This document shows, piece by piece, positions 18,873 to 28,783 of a stretch of 62,458 bases of DNA. The DNA comes from a virus (lineage: Duplodnaviria; Caudoviricetes). The translations under genes were made by a program, and so were the position numbers. A model generated the notes under the pieces. It did not search any database. It saw nothing but the letters and a program-made list of their open reading frames with translations, and was not told where the DNA came from. The stretch lies in the IMG/VR virus record IMGVR_UViG_3300045741_000405, positions 1-62,458 of that record; one strand, written 5' to 3'. Positions within the stretch are counted from its first letter, which is position 1. Each line of letters begins with the position of its first letter.

Positions 18873-20099
18873 ATGGCTCTTCAGATCAAATCAGGATCAT
18901 TTACGCTAAATGGGACCACCGGTTCTCAGACTGTGACTGGAGTTGGATTTACTCCAGTAGCCGTAATTTTCGCGGTACAGAATCTCACAACTGATGGAGT
19001 AGATTCTGGGAGCGGCAAACTCGGTTTTGGAATGGCCACCTCCTCCACTAAACGAGTTGGATTTGCCATAGCGGATTCATGTAGAGCGACAGATAATGCC
19101 GCTTGTATCCTCCTGTATTCCGGTGGTGGATCTTCTTTATGCAATGTTGATTTAACAAATTTCAATAGCGATGGTTTTGTTTTAAACATTGTTCAGACGA
19201 ATGGCTCGCAGCGAGTTGTTTGTTACACCGCGATTGGTGGGGCAGATGTAACGAATGCCGAAGTGGTGCAATTCCAATGTCCTGCCTCAACTGGATCATA
19301 TTCCTATAGCTCTTTATCCTTCAAGCCTGACGCGATCATATTCATGACCGCTGGGTTTACCGCATTGCAAACTTCCGAGATTGCTACCGGAAGGCTTGGG
19401 ATTGGCTTTACTTCTGGTTCGACTAATAGTATGTGCATGACCATGGCGAGTGAAAATACCGCTGGGTCACGTAAGCAGCTTGCCAAATGTATTCACCTCG
19501 CAGATGTTGCCAATACTATAAAACTTGACGCAACTCTAACATCTTTTGATAGTGCTGGGTTCACCTTGAATTTCGGGACTGTGGAGACGAACGATTACAT
19601 TTTTGGGCTCTGCATAAAGGGTGGGCAGTATACCGTAGGAACTTTTACAGAATCTACAACGAACAATTCTCAGGCTATAACCGGTATTACATTTGCCCCC
19701 AAAGGGCAGTTATTGATGAGCTATAACGCGGTCTCTGGGACCTCTTCCTTATCTGATGTTCGTAATTCATTTGGATCAGGAGAAAGTTCCACTTCCAGAT
19801 GGTGTGTTTGGAAAGGCACATTCTCACCGTCTGATGATTGCGTATATTTGGACAGGACGAAAACAATTCGATTGATGACCTCGGCTTCTTCCACGAATAC
19901 GAATCAGGGAATTGCCGACCTTACTAGTGAGGATGGGGGTGGGTTCACACTAAGTTGGACGGCTACAGATGGGACAACACGAGAGATTATTTACCTTGCT
20001 ATGGGAGATGCCCCTGGAGCTGAAACAATAACCATAGATAAGTGGTTTCAACCCGCTTCAAATATCGTTAGGGAACCGTATCGAGTAGTCGCTTACTGA
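18873..20099 (+). CDS. Putative virion protein with three internal repeats
   Basis: Repeated GFTP.AVIF / FKPDAIIF / FAPKGQLL and DGFVLN / AGFTLN / GGFTLS. Confidence 0.65.
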   Translation: MALQIKSGSFTLNGTTGSQTVTGVGFTPVAVIFAVQNLTTDGVDSGSGKLGFGMATSSTKRVGFAIADSCRATDNAACILLYSGGGSSLCNVDLTNFNSDGFVLNIVQTNGSQRVVCYTAIGGADVTNAEVVQFQCPASTGSYSYSSLSFKPDAIIFMTAGFTALQTSEIATGRLGIGFTSGSTNSMCMTMASENTAGSRKQLAKCIHLADVANTIKLDATLTSFDSAGFTLNFGTVETNDYIFGLCIKGGQYTVGTFTESTTNNSQAITGITFAPKGQLLMSYNAVSGTSSLSDVRNSFGSGESSTSRWCVWKGTFSPSDDCVYLDRTKTIRLMTSASSTNTNQGIADLTSEDGGGFTLSWTATDGTTREIIYLAMGDAPGAETITIDKWFQPASNIVREPYRVVAY

Positions 20100-20111
20100 A
20101 AGGCTAAAAAC

Positions 20112-20570
20112 ATGCCACGTCGTTATGCCGTTTCTATCGCCGGACAGACTAATACCGCTGGAAAAGTACTCTGGGATATTCTTGCCACGGCCACAGTACG
20201 GCCAACGTTGTACGATCTCATCATTGGATCGCACGCTACTCCGGCTGATAATTCTTGCCAGTATGAGGTATATTTGGCAGCGGATGCTGGAACTACCCCA
20301 ACAGCTAGCGTAACTCCGAAAGCATTGGATGCTACTGATCCAGCCGCAACTGCCTCGTCTCATAAGGGGATATATTCTGTTGATCCCGCTGTTAGCGGTG
20401 GAGCCCTACTTGAAATTCCTTTGAATCTCCGTTGTACGTTTAGATGGATTGCCACACCCGGTGGTGAGCTTATTGCTTCTGCAGCAACTACCTCTGGATT
20501 CCTCTTTAAATCCATTGCTGTGAGCGGTTCTGCGTACACAGTTGATACTGTTGCTCATTACTGGGAATGA
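20112..20570 (+). CDS. Putative virion protein
   Basis: 152-aa Ala/Thr-rich; similar size and style to 18387-18851. Confidence 0.6.
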   Translation: MPRRYAVSIAGQTNTAGKVLWDILATATVRPTLYDLIIGSHATPADNSCQYEVYLAADAGTTPTASVTPKALDATDPAATASSHKGIYSVDPAVSGGALLEIPLNLRCTFRWIATPGGELIASAATTSGFLFKSIAVSGSAYTVDTVAHYWE

Positions 20571-20590
20571 ATCATTATTCTTAGGAATAA

Positions 20591-20875
20591 ATGATGGGCA
20601 TTATAAAAACTCTTGAAGAGTTTAAATTTTTAGCACAATCTGTTAGAAAACCAAGTGGGTATTTTGTTTTAAACGGTGAACAGATCGCGGATACCGTTCA
20701 ATGTGGGCATTGCCAAAAGCATTGGGTACCGATGCGCGGGTCTGGAATTCGTCGTGGTTGGTGTATGAATTGCGGAAAACCCACTTGTGGTTCTCAACAA
20801 TGTGATAACTGCATTCCTGCGGAACGTAAACTTGAGTTGATCGAAAAAGGGATAAATCCGCGTCAATCAGAATAA
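20591..20875 (+). CDS. Cys-rich Zn-binding protein
   Basis: CGHC, CMNC, C...C..C. Confidence 0.65.
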   Translation: MMGIIKTLEEFKFLAQSVRKPSGYFVLNGEQIADTVQCGHCQKHWVPMRGSGIRRGWCMNCGKPTCGSQQCDNCIPAERKLELIEKGINPRQSE

Positions 20876-20881
20876 GGTAAA

Positions 20882-22252
20882 GTGGCCAAACTTTTCCAAT
20901 ATCAAAGTCTCTCCGTAGAGCCAGCACATCTTCTTGATAAAGAAGAGACCGCTGCCCATTTGGATAAGTGGTGGCAGCAACCGTCCGAGCCAATAGTTAA
21001 GAGAAGACGTCCAGTAGCTAATATCGGTATTACGGTAGTAGATCCTCTTCTTTTAACTCTACCGGAAGAAACAGCGTCACACTTAGATAAATGGTGGCAG
21101 CAACCGTCTGAACCAATAGTTAAACGAAGACGTCCAGTAGCTAATATTGGGCATATCTCTATTGAGCCTCTTCTTATCACACAAAAAGAAGAGACTGCCG
21201 CTCATATAGATAAGTGGTGGCAGCAATATTCAGAACCAATAGTTAAAGTTCGTCGTCCAGTAGCCAATATTGGGTTTACTACCACTGATCCAAAGCATCT
21301 TCTTGATCCCGGTCCGGCTCCAGCAACCGGTGGGCCACTGTGGACAGCAAGAAATCTTGCGCCACGCGGGATCAATTTCACACCTGTAATTTATCCAGCT
21401 CTTGCTGTTATTACTGGAACAGCCACAAATTTCATAGAGATAGTTGGGCCACTTCCAACTCCGATTAATCGGTATCTCAAGCCACCTACCTCGCACCAAA
21501 CGAAAAGACAGATAAGATTTAAACGACATTTCTACCAAGGAATGTACGTTATAGATCCTTCGTTGGGAGTAACTGCTCAAGCAGATAATCGAACAGAGAA
21601 TAAGGCCAATCAACAGACGGCAGTTTCCGTTCTTGTAGAATGGCTAACTCAGCAAGTTATTCCTAAGAATAATTTGAATGAGAATCTCGGGCAGATCTTT
21701 TCACAGATCACAAACCTAAAAGAGAATAAAGGAAATCTCACTCCAACAGCTTCCGAGTTAACAGAGAATCTACTTCAGCTCATTCCGCAAGCCAATGATC
21801 TAAATGAATGGCTTGCTCAAGCGGGTGTTTCCGCCGTTTCTAATACTGCAACGAATATCCTCGAATGGATTCAAACTACTACCCCAGCTCAAAGCACTGA
21901 TCGAACAGAGAGCCTTGTTTTCCTTCTTTCTTCAGCTTTAACTTGGAATGAATGGCAGACCTCGTTGCTTCGTTCGGCTATCGATTTCTTTGAGTACGAG
22001 GGCTATCTCGGACCTACCGCTACGAATTTCTGGGAAATAACTCTTTCCGCCGCCTTTATTAACTCCTTGTCTCTGGATAGAATTGAGATCAAGCAGTTAG
22101 TGAGTACGGTGACAACGAATGTTTCTGAATTCCGGTTGGGCACTGGAGTGGTTGTGCTAACGAGAGATCTTTTTACGGATGTTCTTATTTCGCAAGATTT
22201 ATTCGTGGATAGTCAAATAACGCAAGATTCAGTCGTAGACGTTGATATTTGA
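20882..22252 (+). CDS. Protein with three 41-aa N-terminal repeats
   Basis: EETAAHLDKWWQQPSEPIVKRRRPVANIG x3, 123-nt period. Confidence 0.7.
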   Translation: MAKLFQYQSLSVEPAHLLDKEETAAHLDKWWQQPSEPIVKRRRPVANIGITVVDPLLLTLPEETASHLDKWWQQPSEPIVKRRRPVANIGHISIEPLLITQKEETAAHIDKWWQQYSEPIVKVRRPVANIGFTTTDPKHLLDPGPAPATGGPLWTARNLAPRGINFTPVIYPALAVITGTATNFIEIVGPLPTPINRYLKPPTSHQTKRQIRFKRHFYQGMYVIDPSLGVTAQADNRTENKANQQTAVSVLVEWLTQQVIPKNNLNENLGQIFSQITNLKENKGNLTPTASELTENLLQLIPQANDLNEWLAQAGVSAVSNTATNILEWIQTTTPAQSTDRTESLVFLLSSALTWNEWQTSLLRSAIDFFEYEGYLGPTATNFWEITLSAAFINSLSLDRIEIKQLVSTVTTNVSEFRLGTGVVVLTRDLFTDVLISQDLFVDSQITQDSVVDVDI

Positions 22253-22264
22253 AAAGGATGTCCC

Positions 22265-23026
22265 ATGTCAATCATTCAAGCTGAATTGATTCAATATCAG
22301 TCGGCAAATATGCCGGTGGACGATGTGTCCACTTCCGGTGGTGGAATCAATGTTGCCGGAAGAGCCGATCTATTTTCTGCGGAAGTTCCGTCTCCGGCTC
22401 AAACGATCAAGCTTGCCTCCACTAACGCCGGGGATACTAGAACTGTAACCATCTTTGGGCGGAATAATGCTGGAGCGATTGTTTCTGAAGCTAAAGCATT
22501 GACCGGAACTACGGCGGTTACAACCACGCAGGCATTTGAACGTATCTCTAAAATCACGGTTTCCACTACGACCACGGCAGGAATCGTGATTAACGTTATG
22601 CGAACGAATCCAGCGGACGATGGTATTCTTGCCGCTATCCCAGCGGATATTACGAGTTGTCAGAGAATGTTCTATGATTCGCAATCAGAAGCTTCTCAGG
22701 CCGTTCGGTATGAGAAATTATTCTGGAAGAATACCAATTCTACGCTCACCCTGAATAACGCTACCGTTAAGCTCACTTCCAATCCGCTTTCTAAAATCAA
22801 GATTGCTCTTGAGGCGTCCTTAAATGACACCAATTCAGTTGCCAATAGGAAAACGGTCCCGAGTGGTGGGCTTACATTCGTTGATCAGAATTCAACTCCG
22901 TCAGTTCCAACTGGAGCCATTCCCTCTGGATCGGCAATTGGTACTTGGGTACAGCAGACGTTAGCGATTGCTGATGCCGCTGCGAAATCTTCTCATCAAA
23001 CCCAGCTTACTGGAACCACTACCTAA
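22265..23026 (+). CDS. Putative virion protein
   Basis: AAAGGA SD; Thr/Ser/Ala-rich. Confidence 0.6.
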   Translation: MSIIQAELIQYQSANMPVDDVSTSGGGINVAGRADLFSAEVPSPAQTIKLASTNAGDTRTVTIFGRNNAGAIVSEAKALTGTTAVTTTQAFERISKITVSTTTTAGIVINVMRTNPADDGILAAIPADITSCQRMFYDSQSEASQAVRYEKLFWKNTNSTLTLNNATVKLTSNPLSKIKIALEASLNDTNSVANRKTVPSGGLTFVDQNSTPSVPTGAIPSGSAIGTWVQQTLAIADAAAKSSHQTQLTGTTT

Positions 23027-23041
23027 TTATTCCTAGGAATA

Positions 23042-23287
23042 ATGATGCCGGTGTCTACCGATGACATCCTTTTACCAACACCTGGATTGGAGGTCCGTCC
23101 GGCATGGGACCAGCGTTCTTGGAGTTGCTCAGGAAGGATTCTTCTTTACCGAGAGGATTTAAATCATTTTAGGATTCATTGTGGGTTCGATATTTCTGCG
23201 ATGATCCGAAATATTCCTAAGAATGGAAAAGAGTACCAAATCGCATGCCCAAAATGTGGGAATCTGATTACGGTACAAAGGACGTAG
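23042..23287 (+). CDS. Zn-ribbon protein
   Basis: C...HCG...CPKCG. Confidence 0.55.
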   Translation: MMPVSTDDILLPTPGLEVRPAWDQRSWSCSGRILLYREDLNHFRIHCGFDISAMIRNIPKNGKEYQIACPKCGNLITVQRT

Positions 23288-23291
23288 AATA

Positions 23292-23612
23292 ATGGATGTA
23301 ATCCATTTAGTAGCAGGTGACACGCTAAATCGAATTGTTCTTCGCGCAGTAGACAGGACTACGAAAACGGCTATTGATTTATCTCCTTATGCGAGCTTTA
23401 GTCTAAAGCTGCATGGACCGGTAAGTGGTACAAGGGCTATGGCGCAATATGATGGTTCATTGGCAACTGGCAGAGTGGTATATCGACCGTCTGCTACAGA
23501 TTTCCCAAATCCTATGACAGTATATGGGCAGTTAGAAATACGAGATAGTGCAGGAAACATCATTGGAACTTCTTACCCACCTGTAGCAATTCATGTGGCG
23601 GCTAAGTACTAA
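23292..23612 (+). CDS. BppU-N-like small structural protein
   Basis: GDT...AIDLS...GRVVY.PSATDF...GQLEI pattern. Confidence 0.5.
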   Translation: MDVIHLVAGDTLNRIVLRAVDRTTKTAIDLSPYASFSLKLHGPVSGTRAMAQYDGSLATGRVVYRPSATDFPNPMTVYGQLEIRDSAGNIIGTSYPPVAIHVAAKY

Positions 23613-23614
23613 TC

Positions 23615-24223
23615 ATGGCTGATCCATTTTATCTTGCTCAATTAACCAGCGTAAAGAACACAATTGGTGGTGGTATTGCCGAAGATACTACAGGTAAATA
23701 TGACGTGGTGGTTACTCAGTTGATGACTGAAGTTACTTACCAAATGCAGATCTACCTGAATCGTATTATCCAAACCCAAACGAATAAGATTCAATATTTT
23801 GATTGGCTTGGGTACTACACCCAATTAAGTCTCGAGACATTCCCAATTGATACCACAGCAACTTTTTCTATGTGGGTTGATGCGCTAAGGCAGTTCGGAT
23901 CCACGTCAAGTTACCCAGCTTTGAATTATGACGTGCAATCAAAATCAGGGATTGTACGCTTCAATTATCCACCTCTTAGCTATGGTTATGGTGTGGTCAA
24001 GGTGCAATATTCCGGAGGAATGGGAGCTACTACAGAGGAGTTTGCATCTAACTATCCGGACATTTCAGGGGCATTTGCCACTGAGGTAGCTTTCAGATTC
24101 CAGAATAGAAGTACCCTTGGAAAGATCGCAGTAACCGTTTCTGGAGCCTCTGTAACAACCTCACAGCGCGGGATATTTTTACCCCTGGTAACGGATGTTC
24201 TTGATATGTACCGAAGGGTTTAA
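23615..24223 (+). CDS. Head-tail connector/adaptor
   Basis: VKVQYSGG...YPDISGA...VTDVLDMYRR; position before neck genes. Confidence 0.7.
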   Translation: MADPFYLAQLTSVKNTIGGGIAEDTTGKYDVVVTQLMTEVTYQMQIYLNRIIQTQTNKIQYFDWLGYYTQLSLETFPIDTTATFSMWVDALRQFGSTSSYPALNYDVQSKSGIVRFNYPPLSYGYGVVKVQYSGGMGATTEEFASNYPDISGAFATEVAFRFQNRSTLGKIAVTVSGASVTTSQRGIFLPLVTDVLDMYRRV

Positions 24224-24241
24224 TTCCTAGGAATAATTACT

Positions 24242-24838
24242 ATGGGCGCTTCCTTTAGTGTAAAGGCAAATGCTTTTGGGATAGAACGGCTAACTCGAAA
24301 ACTTGATTTCGCAGCTAAAAATTCAAGAAGTGTCATTGCAAATGTTCTTCGTTCTGAAAGTAGAGGTCTCATTGCGGAACTCAAAAAGAAGTACATGTCC
24401 GGTAGACCTGGCGTATACCGAAGAACGGGGGCGTTACAGAAGAGCCTTAAAGCCAATGTTCAAATTAGCACGGGGGAAGTCTCGCTTACTATAGGTTCTA
24501 ATTCGATCTACTTTAATCTTCAGAAATATGGTGGTGTGGTAACCCCAAAAGTTGCTCAATATATGGCGATTCCAACTAACTATGGATTAACGGCCAGAGG
24601 ATTGAAACGATTTCCAGGTGGCCCAGGAGGTTACCCAGGACAATTTGGGGTCAGAAGATCGCAAGATGGACGGTTATTCCTATTCCTATTCCAGAAGATG
24701 GCCGGAAATACCACACATAGATTGGTCAAGTCTGCCTATATTCCACCAAGGTTGACTTGGGATGCTGCTGTGTTGCGATATTTACAAAGAACCACTTTTC
24801 CTAAGATTCGTGAAAAAATGGTTGATTTACTCGCATGA
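24242..24838 (+). CDS. Neck / tail completion protein (HK97 gp10-like)
   Basis: Basic; RRTGALQKSL and IGSNSIY motifs; synteny. Confidence 0.65.
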   Translation: MGASFSVKANAFGIERLTRKLDFAAKNSRSVIANVLRSESRGLIAELKKKYMSGRPGVYRRTGALQKSLKANVQISTGEVSLTIGSNSIYFNLQKYGGVVTPKVAQYMAIPTNYGLTARGLKRFPGGPGGYPGQFGVRRSQDGRLFLFLFQKMAGNTTHRLVKSAYIPPRLTWDAAVLRYLQRTTFPKIREKMVDLLA

Positions 24839-25284
24839 GTTCAAGAAGAGAACTTATTCTTCAGAATATTGAAACGACCTTAAACACCATTTCAGTTGAG
24901 AATGGGTATGAGGTTACTTTACTTAGGGTAGCCCGAGTTCCTTCTTCTCCATTCGACAATGCTCTTTTTCCCTGTGTGATGATTCTTGATCAGGGGGAAG
25001 ACAAGGAAGAAGGAATACCGGTAAATAAGACTACATGCACCCTGAAGATTGAGATAGTATTTTGGAATGACGAATATGTGGATATGTCCACTAAAGCCAT
25101 TCAGATCCAATCCTCAATTGAGAAGGCGATGAAAGTGGATAATCTTCGAGGTGGGTATGCCTATGATACGAAAGTGATTTCAAATTCATTCCTTGTTGAG
25201 GAAGAGCATTTCCCGCTTGGTGGTGGGACTATCATGTATGAGATTTATTACCGGCACGCTCTTGGCGATCCATACTCAGGTTGA
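24835..25284 (+). CDS. Tail terminator-like protein
   Basis: SRRELILQNI...ENGY...DNLRGGYA; acidic; precedes the tube gene. Confidence 0.65.
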   Translation: MSSRRELILQNIETTLNTISVENGYEVTLLRVARVPSSPFDNALFPCVMILDQGEDKEEGIPVNKTTCTLKIEIVFWNDEYVDMSTKAIQIQSSIEKAMKVDNLRGGYAYDTKVISNSFLVEEEHFPLGGGTIMYEIYYRHALGDPYSG

Positions 25285-25318
25285 TTATTCCTAAGAATAA
25301 TTTGTTGGAGATTTAAAT

Positions 25319-26335
25319 ATGCCTCCAAGCAGAGGAAATCCGTTACTCAGAAAAAATACGCTTGTCGTTGTCAAAATGGAATCAACGGAAGGAACTGAGG
25401 CAGCGCCTAATCCTTCTACGGATGCTAAGATTTTGAATGTGAACGCGCAGTTCAAGATTGAGACCAAGCAGATTGAACGTAATCTTGTTGGACCTGGATT
25501 CGCTCGGAAGCGCTCTCTTATTGCAGAGAAGCTCGCTCGAATTACTTTCGAAACTGAAATCATGGGGTCTGGGACCGCTGGAACACCTACTACCTGGGCT
25601 ACGCTTCTTGCCGCTTGTGGCTTTAAGCACACCAATGTTGCTTCTACGTCTGACACCTATGATCCAGTAACGAATCCAAGTACCTTTGATAACACTGGAG
25701 CGGCTGGAAACTCCTCTCTTACCATTTATGTCTATGAAGATGGTATCGTTAAGAAGGCGAGAGGATGTAGAGGAACCTTCCGAATCAAGGGTGAGGGTGG
25801 AAATCCCTGCATGATTGAATGGGAGTTCCTCGGAGTATATGTTGGAACGGCTGATGTGGCTTACCCTACTCTATCCAGTGGTGCGGATGGGTCTACAGTG
25901 AATCCACCACTTTTAGAGTCGGCGGCTTTTACCTTCCAAGGGTTGGCATCGGATATTGTACTTATCAAATCCTTGAACCTTGATATCGGGAACAATATCG
26001 TTCCCCGTTGGGATGTGAACGTTTCTTCTGGGGTTAAATCCATCTTTATTTCCGATCGACGTGTTACTGGATCGATTGATCCTGAAGCGATGCTTACCGC
26101 TGATTTTGATCCTATTGCAAGATTGAATACTCCTACCGTTGGGGCTTTTAATATCACTATTGGGACTACAGCAGGGAATAAATTCACGATTACTGCTCCC
26201 GCTGCGGAGTGTCAGATTGTGGACGTCCAAGAGGGTGAGCGAGATGGGATTCTTCACTATACGCTGAATCTCCAATTCAATTGCCCAGTGGTAGAGGATG
26301 CGAACAATAAGGAAATTCGTTTCGCGTTGGTGTGA
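25319..26335 (+). CDS. Major tail tube protein
   Basis: KMESTEGT, GSGTAGTP.W.TLLAACG, SLTIY, GCRGTF; synteny. Confidence 0.8.
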   Translation: MPPSRGNPLLRKNTLVVVKMESTEGTEAAPNPSTDAKILNVNAQFKIETKQIERNLVGPGFARKRSLIAEKLARITFETEIMGSGTAGTPTTWATLLAACGFKHTNVASTSDTYDPVTNPSTFDNTGAAGNSSLTIYVYEDGIVKKARGCRGTFRIKGEGGNPCMIEWEFLGVYVGTADVAYPTLSSGADGSTVNPPLLESAAFTFQGLASDIVLIKSLNLDIGNNIVPRWDVNVSSGVKSIFISDRRVTGSIDPEAMLTADFDPIARLNTPTVGAFNITIGTTAGNKFTITAPAAECQIVDVQEGERDGILHYTLNLQFNCPVVEDANNKEIRFALV

Positions 26336-26366
26336 TTATTCCTAGGAATAATTGAAAGGGCATTAG

Positions 26367-26741
26367 ATGATTCCGGCAGACACTACAGAGATCGTTGAGT
26401 TCACGCTCGATAGCGAGAAAGATCTTCCAGAGGATAAGAAGGCAGTTTTTAAAGTTCGACCGATTACAGTTCGTGGAATGCGTATGATTACTCGAATGAC
26501 CAAGGATCCGGATACCAACGTATCCTTTAGGATTGATCAGACCTTGGATCTTTTGAATCTGCACATCACCGGGTGGAGAAACGTATTCCATCCTTCAGGT
26601 GAGCCTATTGGATTCGAAATCGATAACCGTGGGTATTCCATTGAAACCAACTGGGATAATTTTGCGCTTCCGAGGATAGTTGAGATATTCCAAAGAATGA
26701 TCAAGGCGATGGGTATTTCAGGAGATGAAGCAAAAAACTGA
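26367..26741 (+). CDS. Tail assembly chaperone (gpG-like)
   Basis: Between tube and tape measure; ends in slippery A AAA AAC TGA. Confidence 0.75.
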   Translation: MIPADTTEIVEFTLDSEKDLPEDKKAVFKVRPITVRGMRMITRMTKDPDTNVSFRIDQTLDLLNLHITGWRNVFHPSGEPIGFEIDNRGYSIETNWDNFALPRIVEIFQRMIKAMGISGDEAKN

Positions 26742-26743
26742 CA

Positions 26744-27091
26744 ATGGGGGCATTGATCTCCGCTGGATACTATGATGTCCAATGCGATAAATGCCCCCAG
26801 AGATCAGAGGAGTATCAAAAGCTACATGGATGTCTTGGGCCAGTTACTCAACCGGTATATGCTTGGGATGATTTTATTTGGTATGAGTGCCCAAAGAAGG
26901 TTATGCCCAGTTGGACCTATGAGTTCTTTTCCTTGTACTCCTTATGTAGGCTAACGGAGTCATGGCCAATGTCCGGCTCGATCCTCGATCAGACCTATAA
27001 GTTCATGCAAGCAGCTCTTCTTGTTGAACGAGTTTGTTCTGAAGCTCGTGAGCAAGAGACGAAATTGAACGAGAAGAATCATGGCAAATAA
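26744..27091 (+). CDS. Tail assembly chaperone extension (gpT-like; -1 frameshift product)
   Basis: -1 frame from 26738 (CTG ACA ATG) is continuous with this ORF. Confidence 0.65.
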   Translation: MGALISAGYYDVQCDKCPQRSEEYQKLHGCLGPVTQPVYAWDDFIWYECPKKVMPSWTYEFFSLYSLCRLTESWPMSGSILDQTYKFMQAALLVERVCSEAREQETKLNEKNHGK

Positions 27092-28763
27092 CGTAGATAT
27101 TAAAATCACAGTTAGCACAGCCAATGTCGATGCAGTCTTATCTAAACTTAAAACCAATCTTCAGGGTGTTGATACGTCCGTTAAAACTGTAAATACCCAG
27201 CAACAGGTTGGCGGGAACATCAACAATAACTTGGCCAAGTCTGTTGGATCTTTAGACACTGGGTGGAGCAAATATCGTACAACGCTTGGCTTAACCTTAC
27301 GGCAGATGAACCCACTCATTAATTCCACTTTTGATTTCATCAGAACACTTGCGAGACTCAGGACTATTTTCTTCTTGTTTTTAACCGTTTTTGCCGTTCG
27401 CCCAGCAATCCGTGTGTTTGAGGAATTCGCCAAAGGATCTACAGAATTCCAAAAAACATTGGAGCAACTAAATGCAAATTTCGATGTGATGAAAGAGCAG
27501 ATAGGGACAAAATTAGCGCCATTATTCCGAGCAATTGCTTTAATGATTGATATTGTAAAAATCAAACTTCTCCAGATTGGGGTTGCTATAGTTCCAGCTA
27601 TTGCTGGGCTATCTGTATATGCGGTACGCATATTTAATGTATTCAAATCAGTTGCTTATGGTCTAAAAAGCGCTTTTGTTGCCATTGATTTATATTTTTC
27701 TAAAGGTACACAAGAAAAGATAGATGAACAAAAAACAGCTATAGCGAAGTATACAAAGGATCTTGAGAAACTATATGCGCTACAAAAGCGTGGTGTGGAA
27801 TATGCAACAGATCCCCAGAGTTGGTGGGGAAAATCAGAGCCTATAACAGATTTAATCAACAATACTATAGATTTAATGGGTCGAGCCTCCAGGGAAATTG
27901 AAAGTCTTGAACACGGCTCAAATGCAGCTGCCGACGCAGCGATAAAAAAAGCCATGGACACGCTTGGCGAAGATATGGCCGCAGCGGCAGAGGCATGGGG
28001 GGCAGATCCAGATAAAAATCCATTCGTAATAATGCTTAACGACGTATCCGAAAAATTAACTGCCAGTGGGGTAGATAAAGATCTTGAAAATGCCCTGCAA
28101 GATCTTTTGGATAACTTAGCCGGAAAGGTTAAGGACAACGGTAAAAACGCGGCGGGGGAATGGGCAACAGGTTTTAAAGTTGGGTTTGCGAAGTATCAAA
28201 GAACTCTCTTAGCTGACGTAACACAGCTTGCAGAAGGAATTGCTCAAGCACTTGAGACTGGCTTAGGGGATACCTTCCTGAATATCATGGAAGGTAAATT
28301 TAACAAGTTTAAAGACATTGTTGTTTCAACGCTTCGAGCGGTTCAAAAAGCCATAGCGGATTTCTTAGCTCGTGAGGCGGTTGGAGCAATCCTTAAACAG
28401 GTAATAGGTCCAATTGCACAAGGAGCTGTTGGACTATTTACACCTTCTGCGGGTGGTGGGACTCAATCCGCAAATACGATTGTTGCAAATAATCCTGGAT
28501 TGGTTGAGCACGCTTCAGGTGGTATTGTCTATAACCCATCTGTTTCACAAGTTGCTGAGCATGGTCCTGAAGCGATTATCCCACTTCAGTATCTAAATTC
28601 GCGTAAGAGTGGTGGGAATACGGTTATTTTCAATATCAATACCGTAGACGGGCAATCCACGGCAGCGTTCTTCAATCAGCATCAAGATAAGATCATCAAT
28701 ATCGTGAACCGTGGAATTACTGGTGGGAGTCAATCCATGCGTACCGCATTCGGTAAGAAGTGA
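27081..28763 (+). CDS. Tape measure protein
   Basis: Helical Ala/Lys-rich; C-terminal HASGGIV...AEHGPEAIIPL. Confidence 0.85.
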   Translation: MANNVDIKITVSTANVDAVLSKLKTNLQGVDTSVKTVNTQQQVGGNINNNLAKSVGSLDTGWSKYRTTLGLTLRQMNPLINSTFDFIRTLARLRTIFFLFLTVFAVRPAIRVFEEFAKGSTEFQKTLEQLNANFDVMKEQIGTKLAPLFRAIALMIDIVKIKLLQIGVAIVPAIAGLSVYAVRIFNVFKSVAYGLKSAFVAIDLYFSKGTQEKIDEQKTAIAKYTKDLEKLYALQKRGVEYATDPQSWWGKSEPITDLINNTIDLMGRASREIESLEHGSNAAADAAIKKAMDTLGEDMAAAAEAWGADPDKNPFVIMLNDVSEKLTASGVDKDLENALQDLLDNLAGKVKDNGKNAAGEWATGFKVGFAKYQRTLLADVTQLAEGIAQALETGLGDTFLNIMEGKFNKFKDIVVSTLRAVQKAIADFLAREAVGAILKQVIGPIAQGAVGLFTPSAGGGTQSANTIVANNPGLVEHASGGIVYNPSVSQVAEHGPEAIIPLQYLNSRKSGGNTVIFNINTVDGQSTAAFFNQHQDKIINIVNRGITGGSQSMRTAFGKK

Positions 28764-28783
28764 ATTATTCCTAGGAATAACTG

